Origin: Cyanobacteriota bacterium
GTDB lineage: Bacteria; Cyanobacteriota; Cyanobacteriia; PCC-6307; Cyanobiaceae
Length of the DNA stretch: 64,000 nt
Direction of reading: 5' to 3'
Assembly (NCBI GenBank): GCA_046052125.1
Contig: JBJOMY010000001.1
Span: 1 to 64,000, forward strand
A model generated the notes under the pieces. It was given only the letters and a program-made list of their open reading frames with translations. It was not told the origin of the DNA and did no database searches. This document shows positions 21,728-32,196 of this stretch, in pieces (position 1 is the stretch's first letter; the number at the start of each line of letters is the position of its first letter). The translations under genes were made by a program, and so were the position numbers.

Positions 21728-22489
21728 GTGGCCGTGCAGATCTCCTACTTCCATACCTCTGAATGCGTGCCGGCGGTGCTGCCCGTGGCCGAGGGCGGCC
21801 CCGACGCGGCGGTGGTGATCGATGTGCTGCGCGCCACCACCACCATTGCCTGGTCGCTGCAGAACGGTGCGGAGGCGATTCAGGCCTTTGCGGATCTGGG
21901 TGAATTGGATCGCACAGCGGCGGCCTGGCCGGAAGAGCGGCGTCTGCGCGCCGGCGAGCGCGGCGGCAAGCGGGTGGAGGGCTACGACCTGGGCAATTCG
22001 CCCCTGGCGGTTACGCCTGAGCTGGTGGGCGGCAAGCGCATCTTCATGAGCACCACGAATGGCACCCGCTCCCTCGATGCAGTGAAAGCGGTGCCGCTGC
22101 TGGTGACCGCCTGCCTGCCGAACCGCACCTCCGTAGCCCGCCGCCTGATCGAGCGCGAATGCCGGCGGGTGTGGATCGTGGGCAGCGGCTGGGAGGGCGA
22201 CTACTCCTTGGAAGACAGCCTGGCCGCTGGAGCGGTGGTGTCCGCCGCCCTGGAGCTGGCGGTGTCGCCCCACGTGGGCGTGCGCTGCGCCAACGATGAG
22301 GCTCTCGCTGCACTGGCGCTCTGGCAGCAGTGGCATCACGACACCGAAACCTGCCTCCGTGCCGCTAGCCATGGCCAGCGACTGATCAGCATCGGTAACC
22401 ACGACGCCGACTTCGCCTGCTGCGCCTCGGTGGACAACCTCACGATCGTGCCCACCCAGACCAGCCCGGGGGTTTTGCAGGCGGCGTGA
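21728..22489 (+). CDS. comB: 2-phosphosulfolactate phosphatase family protein
   Basis: [28 protein letters not shown]. Confidence 0.92.
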   Translation: MAVQISYFHTSECVPAVLPVAEGGPDAAVVIDVLRATTTIAWSLQNGAEAIQAFADLGELDRTAAAWPEERRLRAGERGGKRVEGYDLGNSPLAVTPELVGGKRIFMSTTNGTRSLDAVKAVPLLVTACLPNRTSVARRLIERECRRVWIVGSGWEGDYSLEDSLAAGAVVSAALELAVSPHVGVRCANDEALAALALWQQWHHDTETCLRAASHGQRLISIGNHDADFACCASVDNLTIVPTQTSPGVLQAA

Positions 22490-22538
22490 GCCCCCTTGCC
22501 GCAGCCCTTACAGTGCCGGGGTCGGCAAAACACAAGCG

Positions 22539-23357
22539 GTGACAAGCTTTCTGGCAGCAGCGATTCAGCTCACCAGCACCGCTGATTTCGAAGCGAATTT
22601 CGCGGCGGCAGAGGAGCAGATCGACCTCGCCGCTCGCCGCGGCGCTGATCTGGTGGGTCTGCCCGAAAACTTCGCCTTCATGGGCGAAGACGCGCAGCGT
22701 CTCGACATCGCGCCCCTGCTGGCCGAGCGCGCCCAGCAGTTTCTGATCACCATGGCCCGCCGCTACCAGGTGACGCTCCTGGGGGGCGGTTACCCGGTGC
22801 CGGCTGGGGAGCGGCTCACGAGCAATCGCGCCGAATTGGTCGGCAAAGACGGTCAGATCCTGGCCCGCTACGACAAGATCCATCTCTTCGATGTCGATCT
22901 ACCCGACGGCAACACCTACCGGGAGTCCGCCACCGTGCAGCCCGGCCAGGAACTCCCGCCCGTTGTTGAGGTTCCTGGCCTCTGCCGTGTTGGCCTTTCG
23001 ATCTGTTACGACGTGCGCTTCCCGGAGCTCTACCGCTACCTAGCGGGGGCCGGGGCTGATGTGCTGTTCATACCGGCGGCATTCACGGCTTTCACTGGTA
23101 AGGACCACTGGCAGGTGCTGCTCCAGGCCCGCGCCATCGAAAACACGGCCTATGTGCTGGCTCCTGCCCAGACTGGCAATCACGGTGGTCGCCGCCAGAC
23201 CCATGGCCATGCCCTGGTGATCGATCCCTGGGGCACCGTGCTCTCGGATGCCGGCAGCGGCCCTGGCCAGGCGGTGGCACCGGTGGATGTGCAGCATCGT
23301 CAGCGCATTCAGGCCCAGATGCCGAGCCTTCAGCACCGCCGGCCGGCCCTGTTCTGA
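22539..23357 (+). CDS. Carbon-nitrogen hydrolase (Nit1 / deaminated glutathione amidase-like)
   Basis: LPEN, YDKIHLFDV, ICYDVRFPE catalytic E-K-C. Confidence 0.92.
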   Translation: MTSFLAAAIQLTSTADFEANFAAAEEQIDLAARRGADLVGLPENFAFMGEDAQRLDIAPLLAERAQQFLITMARRYQVTLLGGGYPVPAGERLTSNRAELVGKDGQILARYDKIHLFDVDLPDGNTYRESATVQPGQELPPVVEVPGLCRVGLSICYDVRFPELYRYLAGAGADVLFIPAAFTAFTGKDHWQVLLQARAIENTAYVLAPAQTGNHGGRRQTHGHALVIDPWGTVLSDAGSGPGQAVAPVDVQHRQRIQAQMPSLQHRRPALF

Positions 23358-23360
23358 GCT

Positions 23361-24476
23361 GTGGGCGCGTTCTTGTCACCGTCCTTGCGAGCGCGCCTAT
23401 CGGGGTTGCTGCTGGCTGCTTCCCTGCCGGTGCTGTCGTTGGCCTCAGCGCTGCCCGCCTGGGCTGGTAGTGCCCTCGCCGCCTGGAGAATCAACCGCTC
23501 CGGTGCGTTGGAGTTGCGCACCCCGCCCGGCACCACACCGCAGGCCTTTTTTGAGGAGGGTCGCGGCTTGGTAGGCCCCAAGCTCTGGGTGGATCTTCCC
23601 GGGGCACCCCAGCGCAGCCGAACGGTGCGCGGCAATGGGGTGATTCGCGAGGTGCGGGTGGGTCGGCCCACGGACAACACCACGCGCCTGGTGGTGGAGT
23701 TCAGGCCTGGAACCCAGCTCGATCCGCGTCAAATGCGGCTGGTGGGGTCCAGCCCCGATCGCTGGCAGATGGAGTTGGGCGCCGCGGTGAGTGGCCTGGT
23801 GCCCTTCGGCGAGGGCGAGATCGATGCGCCGCCTACACCCACCTGGCGCGCCAACCCGTCAGCGAGTGCCGGAGTGCCTACGGGTCCGATGCCTTCGGCG
23901 GAGGGGCTCCCTTCGGTGCCCCAGGGGCGCTACAAGGTGGTGATTGATCCCGGGCACGGTGGCCCCGACCCCGGTGCGGTGGGCATCAATGGTCTTCGTG
24001 AGACCGATGTGGTGCTGGATGTGAGCCTGCAGGTCGCCCAGCTGCTGCAGGCCAAGGGCGTGCAGGTGTTGATGACCCGTACCTCAGAGGTGGACGTGGA
24101 TCTGCCGCCACGGGTGGCGGTCGCCAACAACAGCCGTGCCGATCTGTTCCTCAGCATTCACGCCAACGCTCTGAGCCTGTCGCGCCCCGATGTGAACGGG
24201 ATCGAAACCTTCTATTTTCAGGAGGGCCCGTCCAAACGGTTGGCTGAAGCCGTGCAGATCCAGGCGCTAAGGATCTCGCCTGGCACCCCTGATCGCGGCG
24301 CTAGGCCCGGACGCTTCTTCGTGATCCGCCGCACGGTGATGCCAGCAGCGCTGGTGGAGATGGGTTTTGTCACCGGTCAGCTCGATGCACCGCGGCTGGC
24401 GGATCCCGCTTTCAGGCGCCGGATGGCGGTGGCGATCGCCACGGGATTGCTCAACTACCTCGTGGCGAATCCATGA
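23361..24476 (+). CDS. amiC: N-acetylmuramoyl-L-alanine amidase (AMIN + Amidase_3)
   Basis: IDPGHGGPDPGA, SIHAN, LVEMGF. Confidence 0.92.
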   Translation: MGAFLSPSLRARLSGLLLAASLPVLSLASALPAWAGSALAAWRINRSGALELRTPPGTTPQAFFEEGRGLVGPKLWVDLPGAPQRSRTVRGNGVIREVRVGRPTDNTTRLVVEFRPGTQLDPRQMRLVGSSPDRWQMELGAAVSGLVPFGEGEIDAPPTPTWRANPSASAGVPTGPMPSAEGLPSVPQGRYKVVIDPGHGGPDPGAVGINGLRETDVVLDVSLQVAQLLQAKGVQVLMTRTSEVDVDLPPRVAVANNSRADLFLSIHANALSLSRPDVNGIETFYFQEGPSKRLAEAVQIQALRISPGTPDRGARPGRFFVIRRTVMPAALVEMGFVTGQLDAPRLADPAFRRRMAVAIATGLLNYLVANP

Positions 24477-25291
24477 GCAGCGCTCCCATCGGCATCTTTG
24501 ATTCCGGCGTGGGGGGCTTGAGTGTCTGGCGGCAGGTGGTGCATCACTTGCCCACTGAATCGGTGCTGTATCTGGCGGATCAGGCGCATGTGCCCTACGG
24601 CCAGCGTTCGGCGGCGGAGATTCAGGCCTATTGCGGCGAGATCGCTGAGCAGCTGGTGGCGATGGGCTGCAAGGCGATTGTGGTGGCCTGCAACACGGCC
24701 TCTGCGGTGGCGCTGGATGGCCTGCGTCAGGCGTTTCCAGTGCTGCCGATTCTTGGCCTCGAGCCGGCCGTGAAGCCGGCGGTCGGTTTGACCCGCAGCG
24801 GTGTTGTGGGGGTGATGGCCACCCCGGCCACCTTTCAAGGCGAGCTTTATCGGGCCACTGTGGGGCGTTGGGCTGGCGATGTTCAGGTGGTGGAGCAGGT
24901 TTGCATCGGCCTGGCGGATCTGGTGGAGCGCGGCGAGTTGGAAGGGGCCCGCTGCGATGCCTTGCTGCGCAGCTTTCTCGATCCGATGCTCGCCGCAGGT
25001 GCCGACACGATCGTGTTGGGCTGCACCCACTACCCCTTTGTGATCGAGGCGATCCGCCGACTCGTGGGGCCTGCGCTGGCCGTGCTCGATCCCGCCCCTG
25101 CGGTGGCGCGCCATTTAGGGGCTGTGCTCTCGCAAGCGGATCTGCTCAACAAGGCGCCAGATCACACGGAGCGTCGTTTTTTCACCACCGGCGATGTTGA
25201 GGCCTTCGATCGTTCGGTGGCCAGGCTGGTGGGGGCCAGCTGCGGCAGCCAATCTCTGGCCTGGCAGAACGGGCATCTGCATCGGCTTTGA
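24473..25291 (+). CDS. murI: Glutamate racemase
   Basis: FDSGVGG, PYG, ACNTAS, LGCTHYP. Confidence 0.97.
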   Translation: MSSAPIGIFDSGVGGLSVWRQVVHHLPTESVLYLADQAHVPYGQRSAAEIQAYCGEIAEQLVAMGCKAIVVACNTASAVALDGLRQAFPVLPILGLEPAVKPAVGLTRSGVVGVMATPATFQGELYRATVGRWAGDVQVVEQVCIGLADLVERGELEGARCDALLRSFLDPMLAAGADTIVLGCTHYPFVIEAIRRLVGPALAVLDPAPAVARHLGAVLSQADLLNKAPDHTERRFFTTGDVEAFDRSVARLVGASCGSQSLAWQNGHLHRL

Positions 25292-25342
25292 GCCAGCGCC
25301 TGCCCAAGTGCGCCTTCTAGGATCTGCGCACCGCAGGGGGTC

Positions 25343-26314
25343 ATGGCAACGGTTGCAGAGCTGCTCCAGCCCGTCGAGGCCGACCTCGAGGCCCTGCTGA
25401 GCGATCTGCGCAGCCTGATCGGAGCGGGGCATCCCATCCTTCAGGCCGCTGCGGAGCACCTGTTCAGTGCCGGCGGCAAGCGACTGCGCCCCGGCATCGT
25501 GCTGCTGGTGTCTCGTGCCCTGGGATCGGGTGGGGAACTCACCGCTCGCCACCGGCGATTGGCGGAGATCACCGAGATGATCCACACCGCCTCCCTCGTC
25601 CACGACGACGTAGTGGATGAGGCCAGCACCCGCCGGGGCGTCGACACCGTTCACAGCCGCTTCAACCACCGGGTGGCGGTTCTGGCCGGTGATTTTCTGT
25701 TTGCCCAGGCCAGCTGGCATCTCGCCAACCTCGATGACCTCGAGGTGGTGAAACTGCTCTCCCGCGTGATCATGGACCTCGCCGATGGCGAGGTGAAGCA
25801 GGGCCTGTTCCGTTACGACACGGGCCAGAGCTTCGAGACCTACCTCGAAAAGAGCTACTGCAAAACGGCCTCTCTCATCGCCAACAGCGCCCGTGCCGCT
25901 GGCGTGTTGAGCGGACTCCCTGAGCATCAGCTCGATGCGCTCTATCGCTTTGGTCGTCAGCTGGGTCTGGCGTTCCAGGTGGTGGACGACATCCTCGATT
26001 TCACCGGCAGTGACCAGCAGCTGGGCAAGCCGGCTGCCAGTGATTTGGCCAGTGGTTATCTCACCGCCCCTGCGCTCTACGCCCTGGAGGAGCGACCCGC
26101 ACTCGCTGGGCTGATCGAGCGTGAGTTCTGCGAAGAGGGTGATCTGGAGCAGGCTTTGGATCTGGTGCGCGGCAGCCAGGCCATTCAGCGCTCCCGTGCC
26201 CTGGCCGAAGGGTTTGCCAATGAAGCGCGCGAATCGATCCACTGGCTCCCGGCTTCTGATTGCCGCAGTGCCTTGCTGGCTTTGCCTGAGTTTGTGCTCA
26301 GCCGGCTCTACTGA
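25343..26314 (+). CDS. sds: Solanesyl diphosphate synthase
   Basis: GGKRLRP, LVHDDVVD, FQVVDDILD. Confidence 0.93.
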   Translation: MATVAELLQPVEADLEALLSDLRSLIGAGHPILQAAAEHLFSAGGKRLRPGIVLLVSRALGSGGELTARHRRLAEITEMIHTASLVHDDVVDEASTRRGVDTVHSRFNHRVAVLAGDFLFAQASWHLANLDDLEVVKLLSRVIMDLADGEVKQGLFRYDTGQSFETYLEKSYCKTASLIANSARAAGVLSGLPEHQLDALYRFGRQLGLAFQVVDDILDFTGSDQQLGKPAASDLASGYLTAPALYALEERPALAGLIEREFCEEGDLEQALDLVRGSQAIQRSRALAEGFANEARESIHWLPASDCRSALLALPEFVLSRLY

Positions 26315-26323
26315 GCCAAGGGC

Positions 26324-27019
26324 TTAGTCGATCTGTTCCAGCACCTCGCGGAGGCTGCTCAGAAATCGGTTGACCCCCGGGTAGAGATCGCCTCTCTGCT
26401 CTCTGCTGAGGTGGCTGGGCGGCAGCACATGCACCACACAGCCGGCGCTGCGGGCTGACTGCACACCCGCGGGCGAATCCTCAAAGGCCCAGCACACCTG
26501 AGCGTTCACCCCCAGGCGCTCCGCTGCCAGCAGAAACACATCCGGTGCTGGTTTGCCCCGCTGCAGCTCGGGGTCGTCACCATGAACGCGCGTCTGAATC
26601 AGCTCCAGCCATGGATGCGGTGATGCTTTCAAGGCCACGGCCGAGCGTGAGCTGCTGGTGGCCAGGGCCATCGGCACCTTGAGCGCGGCACAGCGCTGCA
26701 CCAGCTCCGGCGCGCCTGGCATCGGTGGGGCATGAAGCAACAGGGCCTCGGCGATTGGCTGGCGCACCGCCAGCAGTTGCTCCTGGCTGGGAAGCGTGTG
26801 CGGTGATGTGCCGCTAATCCACTGGAGCACCTGATCGGCACAGTCATGCCGGCGGCGGCCCCGGAGCGCCAGGAGTTCCTCGGCGGCTAAGGGCCGCCCG
26901 AAGTGGCTGGCGGCCTGTTGCCAGGCTTCCGCGTGCAGCGGTTCGGTGTCGAGCAGCAGCCCGTCGAGATCGAACAGGCAGGCGGCGGGGCGGACCATGT
27001 CCCCATCCTGAATCAGCAC
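26324..27019 (-). CDS. HAD-family phosphatase
   Basis: FDLDGLLLDTE, ATSS, GKPAPD, FEDS. Confidence 0.92.
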   Translation of the reverse strand: MLIQDGDMVRPAACLFDLDGLLLDTEPLHAEAWQQAASHFGRPLAAEELLALRGRRRHDCADQVLQWISGTSPHTLPSQEQLLAVRQPIAEALLLHAPPMPGAPELVQRCAALKVPMALATSSSRSAVALKASPHPWLELIQTRVHGDDPELQRGKPAPDVFLLAAERLGVNAQVCWAFEDSPAGVQSARSAGCVVHVLPPSHLSREQRGDLYPGVNRFLSSLREVLEQID

Positions 27020-27097
27020 ATGATCCCTGCAACGCCGTTACAGCCGTTGGGCTGAGGGCCTTTCCTCGCTTGAATGGGCGGCACTGCCCTTGCCCGC

Positions 27098-29107
27098 ATG
27101 TCTGAGGCCTCGACCAGCCCCGCCGCCAGCACCAGCACCGGCATCGAATCGGTGCTTCAGGAGCAGCGGGTGTTTGAGCCACCGGCGTCCCTGGCTGCCC
27201 AAGCCCGGATCGGTTCTTTGCAGGCTTACCGGGAGCTGGCCCAGCAGGCAGCGGCGGATCCCGATGCGTTCTGGGGGGAGGCGGCCCGCCGTGAGCTGCA
27301 CTGGTTTGATCCCTTCCACACCGTGCTCGATTGGAGCAATCCGCCTTTTGCCCGCTGGTTTGAAGGCGGCACCACCAATCTCTCGTTCAACTGCCTGGAT
27401 CGGCATCTGGCCGGCCCCCGTGCCGAGAAGACGGCTCTGATCTGGGAAGGAGAACCCGGTGACACCCGCCGCTTCACCTATCGCCAGCTGCATGCCGAGG
27501 TGTGCAAAGCAGCCAACGCCCTCAAAGCACTGGGCGTTGGCAAGGGCGATCTGGTGGCGCTCTACATGCCGATGGTGCCGGAGGCGGCGATCGCGATGCT
27601 GGCTTGTGCGCGCATCGGCGCTCCTCACTCCGTGGTATTCGGCGGCTTTTCTGCCGATGCTCTGCGTGATCGCCTGATCGATGGCGAAGCGAAGTTGGTG
27701 ATCACCGCTGATGGTGGCTTCCGCAAAGACAAACCGGTGCCGCTCAAGCCGGCGGTGGATGAGGCGTTGGCCGGCAATGGCGGTGCGCCGAGTGTTGAGC
27801 ATGTGCTCGTGGTGAGGCGCCTCGATGGCGCAGGTGGCGAGTGCGCGATGACCAGTTGCCGCGACGTGTGGTGGCACGAGCTCGTGCAGGAGCAGTCCGC
27901 CGAGTGCCCCGCTGAGCCGATGGCCAGCGAAGACCGCCTGTTTGTGCTCTACACCTCAGGTTCCACCGGCAAGCCCAAGGGTGTGGTGCACACCACTGCT
28001 GGCTACAACCTCTGGGCCCATCTCACCTTCCAGTGGATCTTCGACATCAAGGAGAACGACATCCATTGGTGCACCGCGGATGTGGGCTGGATCACCGGCC
28101 ATAGCTACATCGTTTACGGCCCGCTCTCCAACGGTGCCACCACCGTGATGTACGAGGGGGCGCCGCGCCCGAGCAAGCCTGGGGCGTTCTGGGAGGTGAT
28201 TGAAAAGCACCGCTGCACGATCTTCTACACAGCGCCCACGGCGATTCGCGCCTTCATGAAGAGTGGGCGCGAGGTGCCCGATCGCTACGACATGAGCTCG
28301 CTGCGCATCCTCGGCACCGTGGGTGAGCCGATCAATCCCGAGGCCTGGATGTGGTATCGCGACGTGATCGGAGGCGATCGCTGCCCGATCGTCGACACCT
28401 GGTGGCAAACCGAGACCGGGGGCGTGATGATCAGCCCCCTGCCAGGCGCGACGCCCACCAAGCCCGGTTCCGCCACCCTCCCCTTGCCGGGAATTGAGGC
28501 CGACATCGTGGATCACGATGGCCATTCTCAGGGCGCTGATCAGGGTGGTTACTTAGCGATTCGCAGGCCCTGGCCGGGAATGATGCGCACCGTTCACGGT
28601 GATCCTGATCGCTTCCGCAAGAGCTACTGGGAAGAGATCCGCCCCGCCGATGGCTCCTACCTCTATTTCGCTGGCGATGGCGCCCGCCGCGACGCCGATG
28701 GCTACTTCTGGGTGATGGGCCGCGTTGACGACGTGATCAACGTGAGTGGCCATCGCCTCGGCACCATGGAGATCGAAAGCGCTCTGGTGAGCCATCCCGC
28801 CGTGGCGGAAGCGGCGGTGGTGGGCCGCCCCGACGACCTCAAGGGCGAAGGCATCGTGGCTTTTGTGACCCTCGAGGCCGGACGCAGCGGTGATGACGCG
28901 CTCATCGCTGAGCTCCGGGGCCATGTGGGCAAGGAGATCGGTCCGATCGCCCGCCCGGATGTGATCAAGTTCAGTGATGCGTTGCCGAAAACCCGCAGCG
29001 GCAAGATCATGCGCCGCATTCTGCGGGCCCTGGCGGCGGGCCAAGAGGTGAGCGGCGACACCTCCACCCTGGAGGACCGTTCGGTGCTGGATGCGCTGCG
29101 GGTGTGA
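27098..29107 (+). CDS. acs: Acetyl-CoA synthetase
   Basis: [31 protein letters not shown]. Confidence 0.97.
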   Translation: MSEASTSPAASTSTGIESVLQEQRVFEPPASLAAQARIGSLQAYRELAQQAAADPDAFWGEAARRELHWFDPFHTVLDWSNPPFARWFEGGTTNLSFNCLDRHLAGPRAEKTALIWEGEPGDTRRFTYRQLHAEVCKAANALKALGVGKGDLVALYMPMVPEAAIAMLACARIGAPHSVVFGGFSADALRDRLIDGEAKLVITADGGFRKDKPVPLKPAVDEALAGNGGAPSVEHVLVVRRLDGAGGECAMTSCRDVWWHELVQEQSAECPAEPMASEDRLFVLYTSGSTGKPKGVVHTTAGYNLWAHLTFQWIFDIKENDIHWCTADVGWITGHSYIVYGPLSNGATTVMYEGAPRPSKPGAFWEVIEKHRCTIFYTAPTAIRAFMKSGREVPDRYDMSSLRILGTVGEPINPEAWMWYRDVIGGDRCPIVDTWWQTETGGVMISPLPGATPTKPGSATLPLPGIEADIVDHDGHSQGADQGGYLAIRRPWPGMMRTVHGDPDRFRKSYWEEIRPADGSYLYFAGDGARRDADGYFWVMGRVDDVINVSGHRLGTMEIESALVSHPAVAEAAVVGRPDDLKGEGIVAFVTLEAGRSGDDALIAELRGHVGKEIGPIARPDVIKFSDALPKTRSGKIMRRILRALAAGQEVSGDTSTLEDRSVLDALRV

Positions 29108-29830
29108 TCAGGTTGTGCGGATGGCGCTTGCCGCCCACCAGCGGCTGATAGCAACCGTCAGAGCGTCGATTTGACGCTGACGGGCCGGATCATCGGCCCA
29201 ACTGCCGAGGAGGTTCTGCCGCAGACCAGCGCTGGCGGGGGTGAGGTGATCGCCGGGTAGCTCGAGCAGCTGGGATTGATCTCCAGCCCGTTCTTGCAGC
29301 ACGGCCAGCAGCCGTTGGCTCTGATCAATGCCATCGCGGTTGAAGCGAACCAGCAGGTTGTGGGGCTGGCGGTAGTTGGCCCCCACCAGCCGCAGCGTTT
29401 CGCTGGGCGACGGGCTGAATTCGCTGCTGATCCCGAGCCGCGGGCCCAGTTCCGCCAGCAGGGGCACGCTCCGTTCAGCGGAGAAATTGTTGAAGCTCAG
29501 GGCCGCCAGAGCACTGCAGCCGCGTCCGTTATCTGGCGCGAGCAGGTGAAGCTTGCAACCCAGGCTGTGTCCCAGCCGCAGCACCGGCAAGTCATCGAGC
29601 CGAGCGCTGCGGAACAGCTTCCAGGCTTCATTGGCTTGGGCCTGGTGATCGAACCCCGGCACATAGCTCCAGGCCTGGATCGCCAGGCCTCGGCGCGCCA
29701 GCGATTCCAGTAGGCGCCGGTAGCTGAGCTGGGGTGTGGCGGCCAGATAGCTGCCGCCGATGAATTGGATCAGCCCCCGCGCTGCGGGCGGCTCCCAGGT
29801 CCACAGGCTGCCGCGCTGGCGCCAACTCAT
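29108..29830 (-). CDS. DUF1350 family alpha/beta-fold protein
   Basis: FIGGSYL, GHSLGCKLH, SFNN, GDHLTP. Confidence 0.85.
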   Translation of the reverse strand: MSWRQRGSLWTWEPPAARGLIQFIGGSYLAATPQLSYRRLLESLARRGLAIQAWSYVPGFDHQAQANEAWKLFRSARLDDLPVLRLGHSLGCKLHLLAPDNGRGCSALAALSFNNFSAERSVPLLAELGPRLGISSEFSPSPSETLRLVGANYRQPHNLLVRFNRDGIDQSQRLLAVLQERAGDQSQLLELPGDHLTPASAGLRQNLLGSWADDPARQRQIDALTVAISRWWAASAIRTT

Positions 29831-30291
29831 GCCGCCTGAAGCTGGCGCAGGGCATCGATCGCTTCGCGGCGATGGGCCGGGCCGTCGAGCAGGTTGTTGA
29901 ACACATGCCGGATCACGCCCTGGCCATCGATCACGTAGGTGACCCTGCCCGGCAGCAGACCCAGCACGCTGGGAACGCCAAAGGCTTTGCGCAGTTGGTT
30001 GCCGCTGTCCACCAATAACGGGTAGGGGAGGTTGTGGCGTTGGGCGAAGCGTTGGTGGCTGGCGGCGTCATCGCCGCTCACGCCCCACACCTCGGCGCCC
30101 ATGGCCTGCAGGTCGGCGTAGCTGTCACGGAAGGCACAGGCCTCCATGGTGCAGCCGGGGGTGTCGTCTTTGGGATAGAAGAAGAGCACCAGCGCTTTGC
30201 CGCCGAGCTGGTCGCTGCGCCGTTCGATCCCGTTCTGGTCGGTGACAGCGATCAAGGGGGCGCGGTCGCCGGTGCTCAGGGCTGCTGCCAC
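29827..30291 (-). CDS. Peroxiredoxin Q / BCP
   Basis: FYPKDDTPGCTMEAC; GTG start at 30291 inferred. Confidence 0.93.
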   Translation of the reverse strand: MAAALSTGDRAPLIAVTDQNGIERRSDQLGGKALVLFFYPKDDTPGCTMEACAFRDSYADLQAMGAEVWGVSGDDAASHQRFAQRHNLPYPLLVDSGNQLRKAFGVPSVLGLLPGRVTYVIDGQGVIRHVFNNLLDGPAHRREAIDALRQLQAA

Positions 30292-30368
30292 GGGTGGTGA
30301 TTTAGCTGGCTGAACCCTAGTCAGCGCCTGGCGGGCCCTGGGAAGATGGAGCCGTTGCAGAGCGGGCG

Positions 30369-31265
30369 ATGACCCAGGTTGATCCTCCACAACCCTGGGA
30401 GCAGGTGGATCTGCTCAGCTTGGTCAGCGCTGCAGCTGCCGCACCCCCAGCTCAACCGGATCCCGAACCTGAGCCAGAGCGCCAGCGAGAGGCTGAGCCC
30501 CAGCCGGAGCCGCGTGCTGAAGCCGCTTCCGCGCCGCCGCCAGCGCCCGCTTCAGCAGCGGTGCCGCAGCGCCTGTTGATCATCGACACCGAAACCACAG
30601 GGCTGGATCCGCAAAACGATCGCTGCATCGAAGTGGGTGCAGTGCTGTTCGATGTGGCGCACCGCTCCGTGCTCAGCCAGGTGTCGTTTCTGTTGCCCTG
30701 CGAGCACAACGCTGCCAAGGGTGTGAACGGCATTGAGGCCTCGCTCACGAAGCAGCCCCACCCCTGGCAGCAAGGGCTGCAGTGTTTTGAGGCTCTGCTT
30801 GACACAGCCGATCTGCTGGTGGCCCACAACGCGGCGTTTGATCGCCAGTGGTTCGGCCAGGATCCCCTGCCGCCGATCCGCAAGCCCTGGCTGTGCACGA
30901 TGGAAGACATCCGCTGGCCTGCCGATCGCCAGCTGCGCCCCAATCCCTCGGTGCGCGATCTCGCCCTCGCCTATGCCGTACCGGTGTGGGCAGCCCACCG
31001 AGCTCTCACCGACTGCATTTATCTGGCCCAGGTGTTCGAGCGTTGCTCTGATCTGGAGCTGTTGCTCGAGCGAGGCCTGGAGCCGCGCCGCCTTTACCGG
31101 GCTCGCCTCTCCTACGAGGAGCGCCATCGGGCCCGGGAGGCCGGCTTCCGCTGGAATCAGCCGGTGAGCGGCGCCTGGAGCCGCAAGCTCTCCGAGCGTG
31201 AGGCGGCGTTGCTGCCGTTTCCTGTGGTGCCGGTGGATGAGGCGCGGGAGCGCCTTTCGGCCTAG
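30369..31265 (+). CDS. DEDDh 3'-5' exonuclease (DNA polymerase III epsilon-like)
   Basis: IDTETTG, AHNAAFD, HRALTD. Confidence 0.9.
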   Translation: MTQVDPPQPWEQVDLLSLVSAAAAAPPAQPDPEPEPERQREAEPQPEPRAEAASAPPPAPASAAVPQRLLIIDTETTGLDPQNDRCIEVGAVLFDVAHRSVLSQVSFLLPCEHNAAKGVNGIEASLTKQPHPWQQGLQCFEALLDTADLLVAHNAAFDRQWFGQDPLPPIRKPWLCTMEDIRWPADRQLRPNPSVRDLALAYAVPVWAAHRALTDCIYLAQVFERCSDLELLLERGLEPRRLYRARLSYEERHRAREAGFRWNQPVSGAWSRKLSEREAALLPFPVVPVDEARERLSA

Positions 31266-31372
31266 GCGCCCCGCTGGTTTTCCTTCAGCAACAGGAAGGC
31301 GAAACGCTGAATTGGTTGCGATGGCTCAACCAGCGCCATCGTGTGGGTGAACAAGCGTGTTGGTGGTGAACC

Positions 31373-31624
31373 ATGACTGTGTCTGCCCGCGGTCATCCAA
31401 GGCGCCCGCATCGCTTGCAGCAGCAGGTGCAACGTTGGCAGGACACCCGCACCTGGGCACGGCTCATCCGTGAGGCCGAGGCCCTCTGGCATGTGAATGT
31501 GCGCGATTTGCGCCGCTTAGGTGCACTTGAGCTGTCGCAGTTGCTTGAGGAGGTGCCCCCAGCGCTTCGACCTCGCGTGAATCGCTGGCTGGCCTGTTAT
31601 CGGGTGCATACGCGACTGCAGTGA
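31373..31624 (+). CDS. Conserved hypothetical protein
   Basis: 83-aa ATG ORF, WARLIREAEALW..RLGALELSQLLEEVP. Confidence 0.65.
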   Translation: MTVSARGHPRRPHRLQQQVQRWQDTRTWARLIREAEALWHVNVRDLRRLGALELSQLLEEVPPALRPRVNRWLACYRVHTRLQ

Positions 31625-31663
31625 ACCCTGCCCCTTAGGTGATTGTGAGGTGTTGTCGCCAAC

Positions 31664-31690
31664 AAAAAACCGCCCCGGGGAGAGGCGGTT
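31664..31690 (-). terminator. Terminator downstream of tRNA-Pro
   Basis: AACCGCC/GGCGGTT stem with an A6 run on the plus strand (U-tail on minus). Confidence 0.75.
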
Positions 31691-31717
31691 GGATGTGGAT
31701 TGAGCCGGTGAATTCAA

Positions 31718-31791
31718 TCGGAGCGGCGGGATTTGAACCCACGACCCCCACTACCCCAAAGTGGTGCGCTACCAAGCTGCGCTACGCCCCG
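31718..31791 (-). tRNA. tRNA-Pro(GGG)
   Basis: Reverse complement CGGGGCGTAGCGCAGCTTGGTAGCGCACCACTTTGGGGTAGTGGGGGTCGTGGGTTCAAATCCCGCCGCTCCGA folds as a cloverleaf, anticodon GGG, no encoded CCA. Confidence 0.97.
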
Positions 31792-31805
31792 GCAAGAAGA
31801 AATTA

Positions 31806-32180
31806 TCACAGTGCCTTCCCTCGTCTGGCCTGGATTCTGCGCAATAAGGAGCTGCTGAGCTGCTCCCGATTCAGGTTCGAATAACCCCACAAGCGCAGCT
31901 CCCGTGCAAGCTGGCGCAGCTCCCGCAGGTTCATCGCTGCCAAGCGCAGTTCAGGGATGCGTTGCCAGGCTGCCGTCGGCACCGGCAAGGCACTGTCTTC
32001 CCGTCCTGAACGCAGGCCGGCCAGCGCGCCATCAGCCATCCACTCGGGGACGAGCACAAACAGCACAGCCAGCAAGCCGTAGAGCTCCACCAGTCCCCTG
32101 GGCAGCGGATGCAGCTGGCGCTGGGGCTTGGAATCCACGCTGAAGTTCAAAAAAACCTGAGGACCAATGCCCCGAGGCAT
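31806..32180 (-). CDS. Conserved hypothetical protein (TM plus Rho-N/SAP-like C-terminal helix pair); start uncertain
   Basis: GLVELYGLLAVLFVLVPEW; MNLRELRQLARELRLWGYS. Confidence 0.7.
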   Translation of the reverse strand: MPRGIGPQVFLNFSVDSKPQRQLHPLPRGLVELYGLLAVLFVLVPEWMADGALAGLRSGREDSALPVPTAAWQRIPELRLAAMNLRELRQLARELRLWGYSNLNREQLSSSLLRRIQARRGKAL

Positions 32181-32196
32181 TCTCCCCCAGATCCGT

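Noticed and set aside
21728..22489. comB as evidence for coenzyme M synthesis
   Set aside because: ComB homologs are widespread in cyanobacteria and no other CoM pathway genes are present here.
31625..31800. tRNA-Pro as a possible integration site for an island
   Set aside because: No integrase, no duplicated tRNA 3' end seen in the window, and the flanks are ordinary genes.
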